Part shown: positions 7,090 to 16,833 of the stretch, one piece after another
Numbering within the stretch: position 1 is the stretch's first letter
Layout: the number at the start of each line of letters is the position of its first letter
Assembly: GCA_030668825.1 (NCBI GenBank)
Contig: DAOVET010000005.1
Span: 1,736-65,735, forward strand
Length of the DNA stretch: 64,000 nucleotides
Direction: 5' to 3'
Source of the DNA: Candidatus Heimdallarchaeota archaeon
GTDB taxonomy: Archaea > Asgardarchaeota > Heimdallarchaeia > Heimdallarchaeales > Heimdallarchaeaceae
Translations under genes and position numbers: made by a program
The notes under the pieces: model-generated
Seen by the model: the letters and a program-made list of their open reading frames with translations, nothing else
Databases searched by the model: none
What the model was told of the DNA's origin: nothing

Positions 7090-9342
7090 ATGAGTAAAGA
7101 AGAATATGTAGAACCAACTAAAAAGAAAAAATGGAGTTTTTGGGGGATTGGGCTACTAATATTCACAGCATTCTTCATAGGACTAATGTTCCTTCTTGAA
7201 GCTGTGATACAACCTAGAGAAAGCTTAACTGCAACTATACTTGCTTATGTTCTAGGTATTGTAATTCTTGCAGTGTTTGCTATATTAGTAAGAGATAAAG
7301 GAAGAGTCTCACTATCTATACCAATTCTACTGATTATAGTATTTGGATCTGGCTATCTTTTCAACTATGTTATAGAAGCCCCAGTGTATAATCCTTTTGC
7401 TCCTATTTCTGAACGAACTGAGCCAATTCTTGGCACAATATACGCACTAAATGAAACAAATCCTGAAATGTTTGCAAATGGTACATTGGAACAAATAGAA
7501 AAATATAGTCAATATGCCTTTGTTGGTGACCTGGCTTTGGCGTTACCTATGTTCTTTTTTGGAACATTAGGATTGACATGGGTAGTACAGATTTTTACGT
7601 CAGCATTGAAAATTGCAACGATTTTCGAGTCGATATTTGCTGCATTATTCATCATTATTGGACTAATACTGACGCCTATTATTCATCTCACTTTAGCAGG
7701 TGCAGTGGTTGTAGGAACAGATATGGCCCCAGGGGCATTACTTCTAACTGATGCATTTTCAGTTCTTTTCAATGATTCATCAACTCCCGCGGAAATACAA
7801 CAAGCCCTTGATAGCTTGTATAATGCCTCTTCATACTTCAATCAGACGGCAGAGACACTAAAGAGCTTACAAAGTGCAGGGTTAATAACAATGGCTGGAT
7901 TTATACCTGTTTTGGGTTCGATACTCACGAATGCTTATTGGGCAGCTTTAGCTCTTGCACAACTAACGCAAGGAATAGGACCCTTTGCGGAAGGCTTGTT
8001 TATGATAATGGGAAGCATTGAAAGTTTTGGTGATGTTTTTAATGGATCATTTTCTGTTAAAGCAGCACCTGATGGTAGTGAAACTGTTAAAATAAACGCA
8101 GTAAATGAAACAGCATTTAATGAAGTAATTGATGAAATTCGAGTAGGTGTAGATTATATTAGTAATAATACTTATCTGATTGATGAGGCTCTTGAAAGCT
8201 TAGAAAATGTTTCCATAGACGATATAAGGAACGATCTTCTCAAACTAAAATGTTTTTATTCTGATGAAGTAGAAGCTGCAATTAACGCATATGCTAATCT
8301 CGCTAATTCGTATCTAACAGATATTCTAGATCTTATAACTGGAGTTACAACACTCTTAAGTAAACCTACGGGGAGTACAGATGCAACACTAGTGCACTTC
8401 TTCCTAGGATGGATTAATGTTCTATTTGCTGGAACATCAATCGGAGAAATAACTGCATTCAATGGTACATATGAGAATTTTGACTATGCATATGGTAACT
8501 TTTCAATTGTAGATACAGAACTAAGTACTCCTGAAGTCCAAGACATCATAAATGGAGTAGGTGGAAACATCACTATTGGTAAGGATTTTCTTGGTTTTAC
8601 TTACGACTTCACTCAAGTTGGAATACCTTTTGCAACCTTAGGCCAAAATCTAGCAACTGGATTTACAGATATGGAAGGAATCATAGATATCTTTGATACA
8701 ACTGATTATCAAAACGTTACAAATTACCAGACAATTCTCGATGATACATCTGCAATAAATGTGACCTTAACTAGTATCGAAGCTGATGCTATTGCAGTAA
8801 ATAATTCTGCTACAGTAGTATATGATAAAGCTCAGATTGAAGGTTATGGTTTCTTGAGTGAATTCGCAAGTGGATTTGCGGAGGTAATGATAGATTTCGA
8901 CATGATTAACTCTATTGCAAGCACAAAATACATCGCAAATGCCATGTATTATATGGTATACTCACTGCAAGAATTGAGCTATACATATGGAAATGTAACT
9001 GAAGGAGAAGCAAACTTTTATGTTCCAGACTATGTTGCAGCTGAAAATAACTTCCTAGCTGCAAACGAGTCTTTGAACTATGCAATATCAAATATGACTC
9101 TATCGATATTCTACATGAATCAGTCTGTTGATGCTGGAATGACACAATTGGTATCTCCAAGAGACACTCTTATTGTAATTAGAGATTCTTTGACAAGTGT
9201 AAATACAGAATTGGACACTATTCTAACAATAGTGCTACCAGATCCAATCGCTCAAGCAGCTCAATTTGTAACAAGTGTAAATAACATCTTTACAATTCTT
9301 GAAGATGTGAATACAGAACTCCAAACAATGAGTCTATCATAG
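7090..9342 (+). CDS. Large polytopic membrane protein with heavily N-glycosylation-sequon-rich extracellular domains (hypothetical)
   Basis: 750 aa. Several N-terminal TM helices, then a domain with at least 19 N-x-S/T sequons (NET, NGT, NDS, NAS, NQT, NGS, NNT, NVS, NFS, NIT, NVT x3, NNS, NES, NMT, NQS...). Confidence 0.6.
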   Translation: MSKEEYVEPTKKKKWSFWGIGLLIFTAFFIGLMFLLEAVIQPRESLTATILAYVLGIVILAVFAILVRDKGRVSLSIPILLIIVFGSGYLFNYVIEAPVYNPFAPISERTEPILGTIYALNETNPEMFANGTLEQIEKYSQYAFVGDLALALPMFFFGTLGLTWVVQIFTSALKIATIFESIFAALFIIIGLILTPIIHLTLAGAVVVGTDMAPGALLLTDAFSVLFNDSSTPAEIQQALDSLYNASSYFNQTAETLKSLQSAGLITMAGFIPVLGSILTNAYWAALALAQLTQGIGPFAEGLFMIMGSIESFGDVFNGSFSVKAAPDGSETVKINAVNETAFNEVIDEIRVGVDYISNNTYLIDEALESLENVSIDDIRNDLLKLKCFYSDEVEAAINAYANLANSYLTDILDLITGVTTLLSKPTGSTDATLVHFFLGWINVLFAGTSIGEITAFNGTYENFDYAYGNFSIVDTELSTPEVQDIINGVGGNITIGKDFLGFTYDFTQVGIPFATLGQNLATGFTDMEGIIDIFDTTDYQNVTNYQTILDDTSAINVTLTSIEADAIAVNNSATVVYDKAQIEGYGFLSEFASGFAEVMIDFDMINSIASTKYIANAMYYMVYSLQELSYTYGNVTEGEANFYVPDYVAAENNFLAANESLNYAISNMTLSIFYMNQSVDAGMTQLVSPRDTLIVIRDSLTSVNTELDTILTIVLPDPIAQAAQFVTSVNNIFTILEDVNTELQTMSLS

Positions 9343-9472
9343 ATAGCCTCTTTCCTATCTTTTTTTTCATTATTTTCTTCCGACAAAAAGCTGTTTTTTA
9401 CCATTGCCTAAAGAGAATAACTTTTTATTAAAAATTCAGCTATAGGATTAGAATTGTAAGTAGGGTAATACT

Positions 9473-10768
9473 ATGAGTCCAAGTAATGTTTTTCTAGGAT
9501 ACGATCATGGCAAAGGCGATTTTCAAGAGTTAACAGATACAACTAAATATCAATCCATTATAGACGGGGATTTAACTGACATATCTAGACAGTTGTCTTC
9601 ATTAGGTTTAGACGGTCTTCTAATTTTCCATCATGAAAAGGAAGAATGGCATTTGGTTTTTGGTAGTCATCTAGGACTTATTGCTCAAAGAACAGGTCGA
9701 AGAATAGCTGATACAATTAGTAGATCAGGGTTCTTAATTTCATCAGGCGAGAGAACAGGCATAAAATGCCGTTTAGAACAAATCACTGAAGATAATATTG
9801 GTGATTTACATAAGACAGTGCAAGAGAAGTACATAGATACAGATCTTGGGGGTTTTCAGGGAGACTCTAGACAAGATTCTTTCCCTAAGAAAGTGTTTGC
9901 ACAAGATGTACCACCTGCTAAAGGTGTTTTCGAAGAAACTCCAAAGGTTCAAGATCAAAAACTACCACATCCTCAGGATATTTATGAGCCAAAACCTATC
10001 GTTGAACCAACACATGAGCCAGCAATTGAACCAATTGCTGAACCAGAGCCAGAACCAGAACCACAAACTGTAGTTTTTTCAGAACCTGAACCTGTTGTTA
10101 AACCACCAGCTAAAACTTCTGTTGAATCTGTTGTTGAACCTGTTGCTGAACCAGAACCAGCTGAGGAGGTTGTTGATGAACCTGAGGCTGAAATTATAAA
10201 AGCGGTTGAGGAAACAGTAAAAGATGTCGTTGAAGATGTCGTCGAGGAAGTTGTTGAACAAGTTGCTGAAGCTGTGGCTGAGGGTGTTGCTGCAGAAATA
10301 TCAGACGAACAAGTAGCTGGATTAGTGAAAGAAGCTATCGAAGAAAAAACCGATGAAATCGTAGACAAAGTAGTTGAAGAAGTTTCCGAGGAAGTACTAG
10401 AAGAAGTAACAGAAGAAATTGAAGAAGCTGTCGAAGAAGTACTCGATAAGGAAGAAACAATTGCTGAAGCTGTTGAGGAAATCGTCGAGGAAATCATCGA
10501 AGAAATTGTAGAGGAAGTCACTGAAGCTGTTGAAGACGTCGTCGAGGATGTCGTTGAAGATGTTGTTCAAGATGTTCTTGAAAAAGCAGAAGGTATAAGC
10601 GAAGAAAAAGCTGAACATATAGCTGAAGATGTCGTTGAAGATGTAGTTGAAAAGGTTGTAGACGAAGTTACTGAAGAAGCTGTAGAAGAAAGAGTAGATG
10701 AAATCGCTGAAGCCGTTGAAGACGCCGTAGAAGCAAAAATAGACGAAGAATCAGAAGATTCTAACTAA
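9473..10768 (+). CDS. Acidic low-complexity protein: globular N-domain, Pro/Glu linker (EPEPEPEP), then ~190-aa E/V-rich (VVEDVVEEVVE) repeat tail
   Basis: 431 aa. The N-terminal ~130 aa (…LSSLGLDGLLIFHHEKEEWHLVFGSHLG…) resemble a Roadblock/LC7-like fold pattern. The C-terminal half is >50% E+V+D+A with an imperfect tandem repeat. Confidence 0.6.
   Translation: MSPSNVFLGYDHGKGDFQELTDTTKYQSIIDGDLTDISRQLSSLGLDGLLIFHHEKEEWHLVFGSHLGLIAQRTGRRIADTISRSGFLISSGERTGIKCRLEQITEDNIGDLHKTVQEKYIDTDLGGFQGDSRQDSFPKKVFAQDVPPAKGVFEETPKVQDQKLPHPQDIYEPKPIVEPTHEPAIEPIAEPEPEPEPQTVVFSEPEPVVKPPAKTSVESVVEPVAEPEPAEEVVDEPEAEIIKAVEETVKDVVEDVVEEVVEQVAEAVAEGVAAEISDEQVAGLVKEAIEEKTDEIVDKVVEEVSEEVLEEVTEEIEEAVEEVLDKEETIAEAVEEIVEEIIEEIVEEVTEAVEDVVEDVVEDVVQDVLEKAEGISEEKAEHIAEDVVEDVVEKVVDEVTEEAVEERVDEIAEAVEDAVEAKIDEESEDSN
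10190..10740. repeat. Imperfect tandem coding repeats (gaagatgtcgtcgaggaagttgttgaa-type units) encoding the VEE-repeat tail
   Basis: Repeated gttgaagatgtcgt(c/t)ga(g/a)ga(a/t)gt units are visible. They generate spurious ORFs on the opposite strand (9982-10521, 10079-10261, 10397-10618). Confidence 0.6.
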
Positions 10769-10839
10769 TTCTATTCTCTTTTTTTATTTTATTTTTTCAT
10801 TTCAAAAGTCATTTATAGAGAAAGTAGACATTTTTCTTA

Positions 10840-11862
10840 ATGTCTAATCGAACATTAACTATTCTTGCAGGAGGCTATTCTAGAAGATTTCAGAAAAAGG
10901 ATGGTCAGTGGTTAGACAAAGCTTTGTTGTATATTAACAATGAACCTCTTTTGATACATCTTTTAGATCAAGGAAACGAAATATATGATGGTATCAATAT
11001 CTCTGTAAATTCAAATTCTAGAAAGCGCGATTATAAGGAGATTGTGGAGAGTTATTTACCAAATATCAATACAGATTTCACTGTCGATTTAAGAAAAATC
11101 TCTTTAGATGGCGTTCTAAAAGGAATTTATTCTACTCTTAAGAAAAGAGCAAAATCTTCAATTCAATTCATCCCTTCAGATCGTCCCTATCTCGACTTAA
11201 GAATTTTAAGAGGTTTAAAAGTTATGAAAAGGGGAGTAAGTTTGCTCAAGTATGATAATGGTATGATTGAGCCTTTACTTTCTCTATACGGAGCACAAGC
11301 ATCTTTTCCAGAGAGCTTTTCTCAACTTCCATTGTCAAGAGCAGATGTTCCAATTAGAATTTCTAATGAAATTCAAGTTTATAGTATAAATGAAATACTT
11401 GATAGAAATAATTTATCTTCCAAAATTTTTTCTAACATAAATATTCAACCTGATATTGAAAATGAAGGAATAGAACATTCTAATTCAGCTGCAGTTAATA
11501 TCCCCGATTCAGTAATAATTAAGAGAGAACAGCCAAATTTTACATCTGATGATACTAGATACAACAAGGAAGATGGAATTATTAAGACACTTATTGAAAT
11601 TGAGAATTATTACTCAGCTTTTCTTTCATCCTTGTATTTCTGGAAACAAAAGAAAATTTCTGTTGGGAAATACAAGGCACTTGGAATTGAATCGTTGAAA
11701 AAAGAATATGAATTTTGGATTAAGAATGAAATACCTTTTCTTGCTCTTCACTCTTTGGATGATCTTGTTGGATATTTTCCTAAAGAGAAAAAACCAAGTG
11801 TCAATGCTAAAATTGAACATTTAAGAAAAAAAATGAGGATTGAACCAAGAAGAATAAAATAA
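10840..11862 (+). CDS. MobA-like nucleotidyltransferase (molybdenum-cofactor guanylyltransferase-like) with an uncharacterised C-terminal extension
   Basis: N-terminus ILAGGYSRRF...DKALLYINNEPLLIHLL matches the MobA NTP_transf_3 signature (ILAGGxSxRM..DKALL..G.PLL). It sits next to a molybdopterin formate dehydrogenase. Confidence 0.6.
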   Translation: MSNRTLTILAGGYSRRFQKKDGQWLDKALLYINNEPLLIHLLDQGNEIYDGINISVNSNSRKRDYKEIVESYLPNINTDFTVDLRKISLDGVLKGIYSTLKKRAKSSIQFIPSDRPYLDLRILRGLKVMKRGVSLLKYDNGMIEPLLSLYGAQASFPESFSQLPLSRADVPIRISNEIQVYSINEILDRNNLSSKIFSNINIQPDIENEGIEHSNSAAVNIPDSVIIKREQPNFTSDDTRYNKEDGIIKTLIEIENYYSAFLSSLYFWKQKKISVGKYKALGIESLKKEYEFWIKNEIPFLALHSLDDLVGYFPKEKKPSVNAKIEHLRKKMRIEPRRIK

Positions 11863-11873
11863 ATCTTCTAGGT

Positions 11874-14591
11874 CTATTCTTTAGATATTTTAATAGCGCA
11901 TACTTTGAATTCAGGAATTTTCGCTAGAGGATCTAAGGCATCATTAGTTAGAAGGTTTGCAGCAGATTCTTTGTAATGGAAAGACATGAAGACTAAACCT
12001 TCCTGGATTCTATCCGTAACTCTAGCAACAGTTGTTAAACGACCTCTTCTTGATTCAATAGTAATCTTGTTACCACTCTTAATACCGAGTTTTTCAGCAT
12101 CTTTTATGTTAACCTCACTTCTTTCAATAGGTCTTCGTTCGTGTAATCCTTCAGATCTGCGGGACATTTCCCCTGTATGGAAGTGATATAAGATACGACC
12201 AGTTGTCAGCATGTATGGATATTCCTCATCGGGTAATTCTGCAGGATCTATGTAAGAAATAGCATGGAATTTACCTTTTCCTCTAGTAAACTCTCCTTGA
12301 TGGAGTATTTTAGTTCCTTCGTGATCCTTATCTTTACAAGGCCATTGTAAACCAATTTCCTTAATTCTCTCATAACTTATCCCTCCATATATTGGTGATA
12401 GAGTTGCTACTTCATCCATGATGTCACTAGGACTATTATAATTTGCTTCAATTCCAAAACGATTTAACATTTCTTGGAGTATGTCCCAATCATCTCTTCT
12501 ATTACTTATTGGATTAATTGCTTTCCTAACTCGTTGAACTCTCCTCTCTGTATTTGTGAAAGTACCATCTTTTTCAGCAAAAGATACTCCTGGAAGAACG
12601 ACATCTGCGTATTTTGCTGTTTCAGTGAGGAATAGGTCTTGAACTACAAGGAATTCAAGGTTTTCAAGAGCTTCTTTTACATGATTTAGGTTTGGATCAC
12701 TTAAGGCAGGATTTTCTCCCATAATGTAAATTCCACGAATGTCTCCACTATGAGCTGCATGAATTACCTCCACAACTGTTAAACCAACCTTGTCATCAAG
12801 ATTGGAAACACCCCAAGCTTTCTCAAATTTAGCTTTGTTTTCTGGATCAGTTACTCGTTGATAACCAGGATAAACATTAGGTAATCCTCCAAGATCACAA
12901 GAACCTTGAACATTGTTTTGACCTCTTAGGGGATTGACTCCAGTACCAGGACGTCCAATGTTTCCAGTTATCATGGCAAGATTAGCTAGAGACAAGACAT
13001 TATCTGTTCCAGTGGTATGCTGAGTTATACCCATTGAGTAAACTATGGCAGCTGTTTTGGCATTTGCATATAGCCTAGCAGCTTCTTTAACCTCTTCAAC
13101 ATTAACATTTGCGATTTTACAGAGTAATTCCAGTGATGTGTCCTTTAAGCCTTCTTTAAATTCTTCAAAACCTTCTGTTCTGCTTTTGATAAATTCTTCA
13201 TCATGTAGATTCTCATCGAGAATAACTTTCATGAAAGCATTGATTAAAGCAACATCCGACCCTGGTTTCTGTTGTAGATAGATTTCTGAATAATCTGCAA
13301 GTTCTATCCTTCTTGGATCTGCAACAATCAACTTTGTGACTTCTCTTCTGACTGCTTGTTTGATTTTTATTCCTATGACTGGATGAGCTTCTGTTGTATT
13401 GCTACCTATTATGAATATTACTTCAGCATCGTTAGTTAAATCATCAATACTATCAGTCATAGCTCCTGAACCAAAAGCTTTTGCGAGTCCTGTTACAGTT
13501 GAAGCATGACATAGCCTTGCACAATGATCTACATTATTGGTTCCAACAGCTGCTCTAGCGAATTTCTGCATAAGATAATTCTCTTCATTAGTGCATTTAG
13601 CAGAGGCTAGGAAAGCAAGAGCTCCAGGACCACTTTCATCTCGAATCCCCTTTAGTTTCTTTTCAACTAAATCCAAAGCTTCATCCCAAGAAGTTTCAAC
13701 AAATTCTCCATTTTTCTTAATCAAAGGTGTGTTCAGTCTTTCTGGATGATTAACAAAGTCCCAGCCATATCTGCCTTTTACACACAGAGCCACACCATTA
13801 ACAACATTGTCATGATTTGAATCAACATAAGAAATTGTGTTGGTATTTGGGTTTGCTAGAACATCGAGATTGCACCCTACACCACAATAAGAGCAAACTG
13901 TTGTGGTTCTGGTTAAATTTTTCCAATGTTCTGAATCTCGTACATGATGGTTAACAAGAGCTCCAACTGGACAGAGTGCAACACAATTACCACAAGCTAC
14001 ACAGCCAGCACTCTCAAAACTACCACCATCTGGTGTGGTGGGGTAGCCATCAAATTTTCCTCTCTCCATAGATAATACATTACAAACTTGTAGTTCACTG
14101 GAAACTCTTACACAAATACCACATTTGATACAGCTTTCGTAGTTAAGTGAAAAGAATTCGTTCGATTCATGTAAATCTACTTTCCTTTCCTCAATTTCTA
14201 CAGGTTCATCCAAATGTTTTAGTTCAAGAGTTTTAATCTTACAAATTTGACCGGTTGCACAAATAATACATTCTTCACTGTGTAATTTTGCAAATTTACT
14301 GATTAACGCTTTTCTTGTTCTTAAAATTCTTTCAGAATCTGTTTTAATTATTGCATCTGGTTTGGCAAGTTCTTTGCAGGAAGCTACTGTTTTTGAAACA
14401 CTACCGATTATTTCTTCCACAACACAAACCCTACATTTTGCTGCAGGTTCTAAAGCAGGATGATGGCATATCGTTGGGATTTTAATGCCGTTCCTTTCAG
14501 CAATAGAAAGATATGTTTCATTCGTGTTACATTCAATTTCTTTACCATCAATTGTTATCTTAATAATTTCTCCATTTGCCATGATTTTCAC
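11874..14591 (-). CDS. fdhA: Formate dehydrogenase alpha subunit (molybdopterin oxidoreductase with N-terminal 2Fe-2S and 4Fe-4S domains), Cys-type
   Basis: 905 aa. CHHPALEPAAKCRVC (2Fe-2S), CIKCGICVRV and CVACGNCVALCP (4Fe-4S), CSYCGVGC (MopB N-terminal cluster), active-site region VDHCARLCHAS (Cys, not Sec; no in-frame TGA), C-terminal molybdopterin dinucleotide-binding domain. Confidence 0.85.
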   Translation of the reverse strand: MKIMANGEIIKITIDGKEIECNTNETYLSIAERNGIKIPTICHHPALEPAAKCRVCVVEEIIGSVSKTVASCKELAKPDAIIKTDSERILRTRKALISKFAKLHSEECIICATGQICKIKTLELKHLDEPVEIEERKVDLHESNEFFSLNYESCIKCGICVRVSSELQVCNVLSMERGKFDGYPTTPDGGSFESAGCVACGNCVALCPVGALVNHHVRDSEHWKNLTRTTTVCSYCGVGCNLDVLANPNTNTISYVDSNHDNVVNGVALCVKGRYGWDFVNHPERLNTPLIKKNGEFVETSWDEALDLVEKKLKGIRDESGPGALAFLASAKCTNEENYLMQKFARAAVGTNNVDHCARLCHASTVTGLAKAFGSGAMTDSIDDLTNDAEVIFIIGSNTTEAHPVIGIKIKQAVRREVTKLIVADPRRIELADYSEIYLQQKPGSDVALINAFMKVILDENLHDEEFIKSRTEGFEEFKEGLKDTSLELLCKIANVNVEEVKEAARLYANAKTAAIVYSMGITQHTTGTDNVLSLANLAMITGNIGRPGTGVNPLRGQNNVQGSCDLGGLPNVYPGYQRVTDPENKAKFEKAWGVSNLDDKVGLTVVEVIHAAHSGDIRGIYIMGENPALSDPNLNHVKEALENLEFLVVQDLFLTETAKYADVVLPGVSFAEKDGTFTNTERRVQRVRKAINPISNRRDDWDILQEMLNRFGIEANYNSPSDIMDEVATLSPIYGGISYERIKEIGLQWPCKDKDHEGTKILHQGEFTRGKGKFHAISYIDPAELPDEEYPYMLTTGRILYHFHTGEMSRRSEGLHERRPIERSEVNIKDAEKLGIKSGNKITIESRRGRLTTVARVTDRIQEGLVFMSFHYKESAANLLTNDALDPLAKIPEFKVCAIKISKE

Positions 14592-14775
14592 ATAATTAAA
14601 CGATTATTTTGATAATGACTGTGTTACTAAAAATAATTTTTACAAAAATCTTTCGCTATCCTTTTTACAACTAAAAATTGTTTTTTACACAAAACTTTAA
14701 TCTAGCTAATATTTTTAGTATTTAATGTCCAATTGATTAATATATTATACTTACAGCATAAACAAAGGGGAAAGC

Positions 14776-15816
14776 ATGTCAGAGACAACTCACAAGATTT
14801 ACTTCCAGAATGCACAAAATTTGAGGACTCTAGAAGATAAATCTGTTGACCTCATTCTCACAAGCCCAATGTATCCACTTGTTCAAATATGGGATCATGT
14901 TTTTTCTCAACTCAATCCTGACATAGGTGTAGCACTAGAAAAAGAAGATGGAAATCTAGCTTTTGAGTTAATGCATCAGGAACTAGATAAGGTGTGGGAT
15001 GAAGCTTTCAGAATACTAAAGACTAATGGTATTGCATGTATTAATGTTGGAGATACAACTCGAAGTATTGGAGATGATTTCAAACTATATGCATCTCATT
15101 CTAGAATTATTTCTCATTGTTGTGAAATAGGTTTTCAATGTCTTCCGCTCATCATTTGGGCGAAACTAACCAATGCCCCTAACAAATTCATGGGGTCGGG
15201 TATGTTACCACCTGGGGGATATGTAACTCTAGAACACGAATATATTCTTGTTCTTCGTAAAGGCGGTAAAAGGGAATTCAAAACAGACATTGAGAAGAAA
15301 AAGCGAATTGATAGCTCATATTTCTGGGAAGAAAGGAATAAATGGTTCTCTGATGTTTGGGATCTCAAAGGAGTCCACCAAGCGTTAAAACAGAACAATA
15401 CACGAGAAAGAAGTGCAGCTTTTCCTTTTGAGTTAGTTTATCGTCTAATAAGTATGTATTCCTTAAAACATGATATTGTGTTAGATCCTTTTCTAGGAAC
15501 AGGAACCACCATGCTAGCTGCTATGGCTTTAGAAAGAAATAGTATTGGAGTTGAAATTGCTACTAATTTCAACGAAATAATCGATGGAAGAATAAAAGAC
15601 ATAGTAAATTATGCCAATGAATACAATCATAATCGATTAGAAGAACATAAGGAGTACATGATTGAACATGCTCAAAAACATGGTGAACTTAAATATAGAA
15701 ACGAATTTTATGGCTTTCCTGTTAAAACAAAGCAAGAAATAAATTTCAAGCTTGAAAAGCTCACAGCTGTAAAGAAAACCAACAACACCACCTATCAAGT
15801 ATTTTATGATGAATGA
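14776..15816 (+). CDS. Beta-class N4/N6 DNA methyltransferase (pfam01555-like), apparently orphan
   Basis: 346 aa. N-terminal motif IV region VDLILTSPMY (variant of D/S-PPY), C-terminal AdoMet motif I VLDPFLGTGTTMLAA. No restriction endonuclease candidate adjacent. Confidence 0.65.
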   Translation: MSETTHKIYFQNAQNLRTLEDKSVDLILTSPMYPLVQIWDHVFSQLNPDIGVALEKEDGNLAFELMHQELDKVWDEAFRILKTNGIACINVGDTTRSIGDDFKLYASHSRIISHCCEIGFQCLPLIIWAKLTNAPNKFMGSGMLPPGGYVTLEHEYILVLRKGGKREFKTDIEKKKRIDSSYFWEERNKWFSDVWDLKGVHQALKQNNTRERSAAFPFELVYRLISMYSLKHDIVLDPFLGTGTTMLAAMALERNSIGVEIATNFNEIIDGRIKDIVNYANEYNHNRLEEHKEYMIEHAQKHGELKYRNEFYGFPVKTKQEINFKLEKLTAVKKTNNTTYQVFYDE

Positions 15817-15886
15817 TTTTCTATCTTACTCTAAATTTTTATATTACATTAACTGCTTTTGCTTAACATAGAAAGAAGTGTGACTT

Positions 15887-16741
15887 TTGACCATAAATAC
15901 AAAAGTAGCCATAATAGTTCCTGAAAAAGATCAAGCAGCTCAAACAATGTGGCACGTTTTAAATCAGCAATCATTCTTCAAAGAAACAGATGAAAGCTTT
16001 GATGGCAATCCTGTCTATTCGCTTAAGCAAAACCATGGTGACATAAAATTAATCCACACAAAGAGGGATGGCGTAGAATCAAGTCATCTGGATGAAGGAA
16101 TGAATGCCGACTTATACATATTTGCTAGTAGACACAGAGCAGCTTCTGGAACACCGGCACTATTAATACATCCTACCGGAAATTGGTCAAAAATCACTTT
16201 AGCAGGTAGAGAATCTGAGCTTTCCTACACTTCAAGCTGGGCTTTGAACTATGGATTGAGGAAACTAAAAGAGAAACAAGAAGAATTCAAACTAGATGAA
16301 TTTAAGGTAGACCTAGAAGTTACTCATCATGGTCCTACAAAATTAACAACCCCTCTTATTTTCATGGAACTCGGCAGTAGTGAAGAATATTGGGTACATG
16401 AAACAGGTGCCACAGCTGTAGCTGAAGCCATAATTGAAACAGCTCAAGGTTTCATACAACGAGGAAATTTTGATAATCAAAGTTACATTGGAATTGGGGG
16501 AAATCACTATGCTTACCGCTTTCATAAATATCTGATGGAAAATCCAGATGTCTTTATTAGTCACATAGCAGCTAAACATTCTTTGGATGATTTGACAAAA
16601 GATGTTCTAAAACAAGCGTTTGAAAAAACAATTGAATCACCAGTGGGGGCATTGATAGATAAGAAAGGAGCAAGATCAGAACAAAGAAAGAATACAATTG
16701 AAATGCTGGAAGATTTAGGAAAAGAGCACGTACTTATTTAA
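15887..16741 (+). CDS. dtdA: Archaeal-type D-aminoacyl-tRNA deacylase (DTD2/DtdA)
   Basis: 284 aa. Starts KVAIIVPEKDQA; IFASRHRAASGTPALLIHPTGNW matches the DtdA (tRNA_deacylase, PF04414) core. TTG start as given in the ORF track. Confidence 0.7.
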   Translation: MTINTKVAIIVPEKDQAAQTMWHVLNQQSFFKETDESFDGNPVYSLKQNHGDIKLIHTKRDGVESSHLDEGMNADLYIFASRHRAASGTPALLIHPTGNWSKITLAGRESELSYTSSWALNYGLRKLKEKQEEFKLDEFKVDLEVTHHGPTKLTTPLIFMELGSSEEYWVHETGATAVAEAIIETAQGFIQRGNFDNQSYIGIGGNHYAYRFHKYLMENPDVFISHIAAKHSLDDLTKDVLKQAFEKTIESPVGALIDKKGARSEQRKNTIEMLEDLGKEHVLI

Positions 16742-16833
16742 ATTTCTGAAAGCATGATCGATTTCCGTATCATTGACCCCTAAAGCGTATTTTTTGGGTT
16801 TTTATAGAATTTTTTAGAAACATTACTGATATT

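Noticed and set aside
9982-10521. 179-aa Ser/Thr-rich ORF on the minus strand (also 10079-10261 and 10397-10618)
   Set aside because: These are antisense frames of the GAA/GTT-rich VEE repeat. They are low-complexity translation artefacts.
11874-14591. Possible selenocysteine in the formate dehydrogenase alpha subunit
   Set aside because: The active-site position is an ordinary Cys codon (HCARLCH). The reading frame is uninterrupted with no in-frame TGA.
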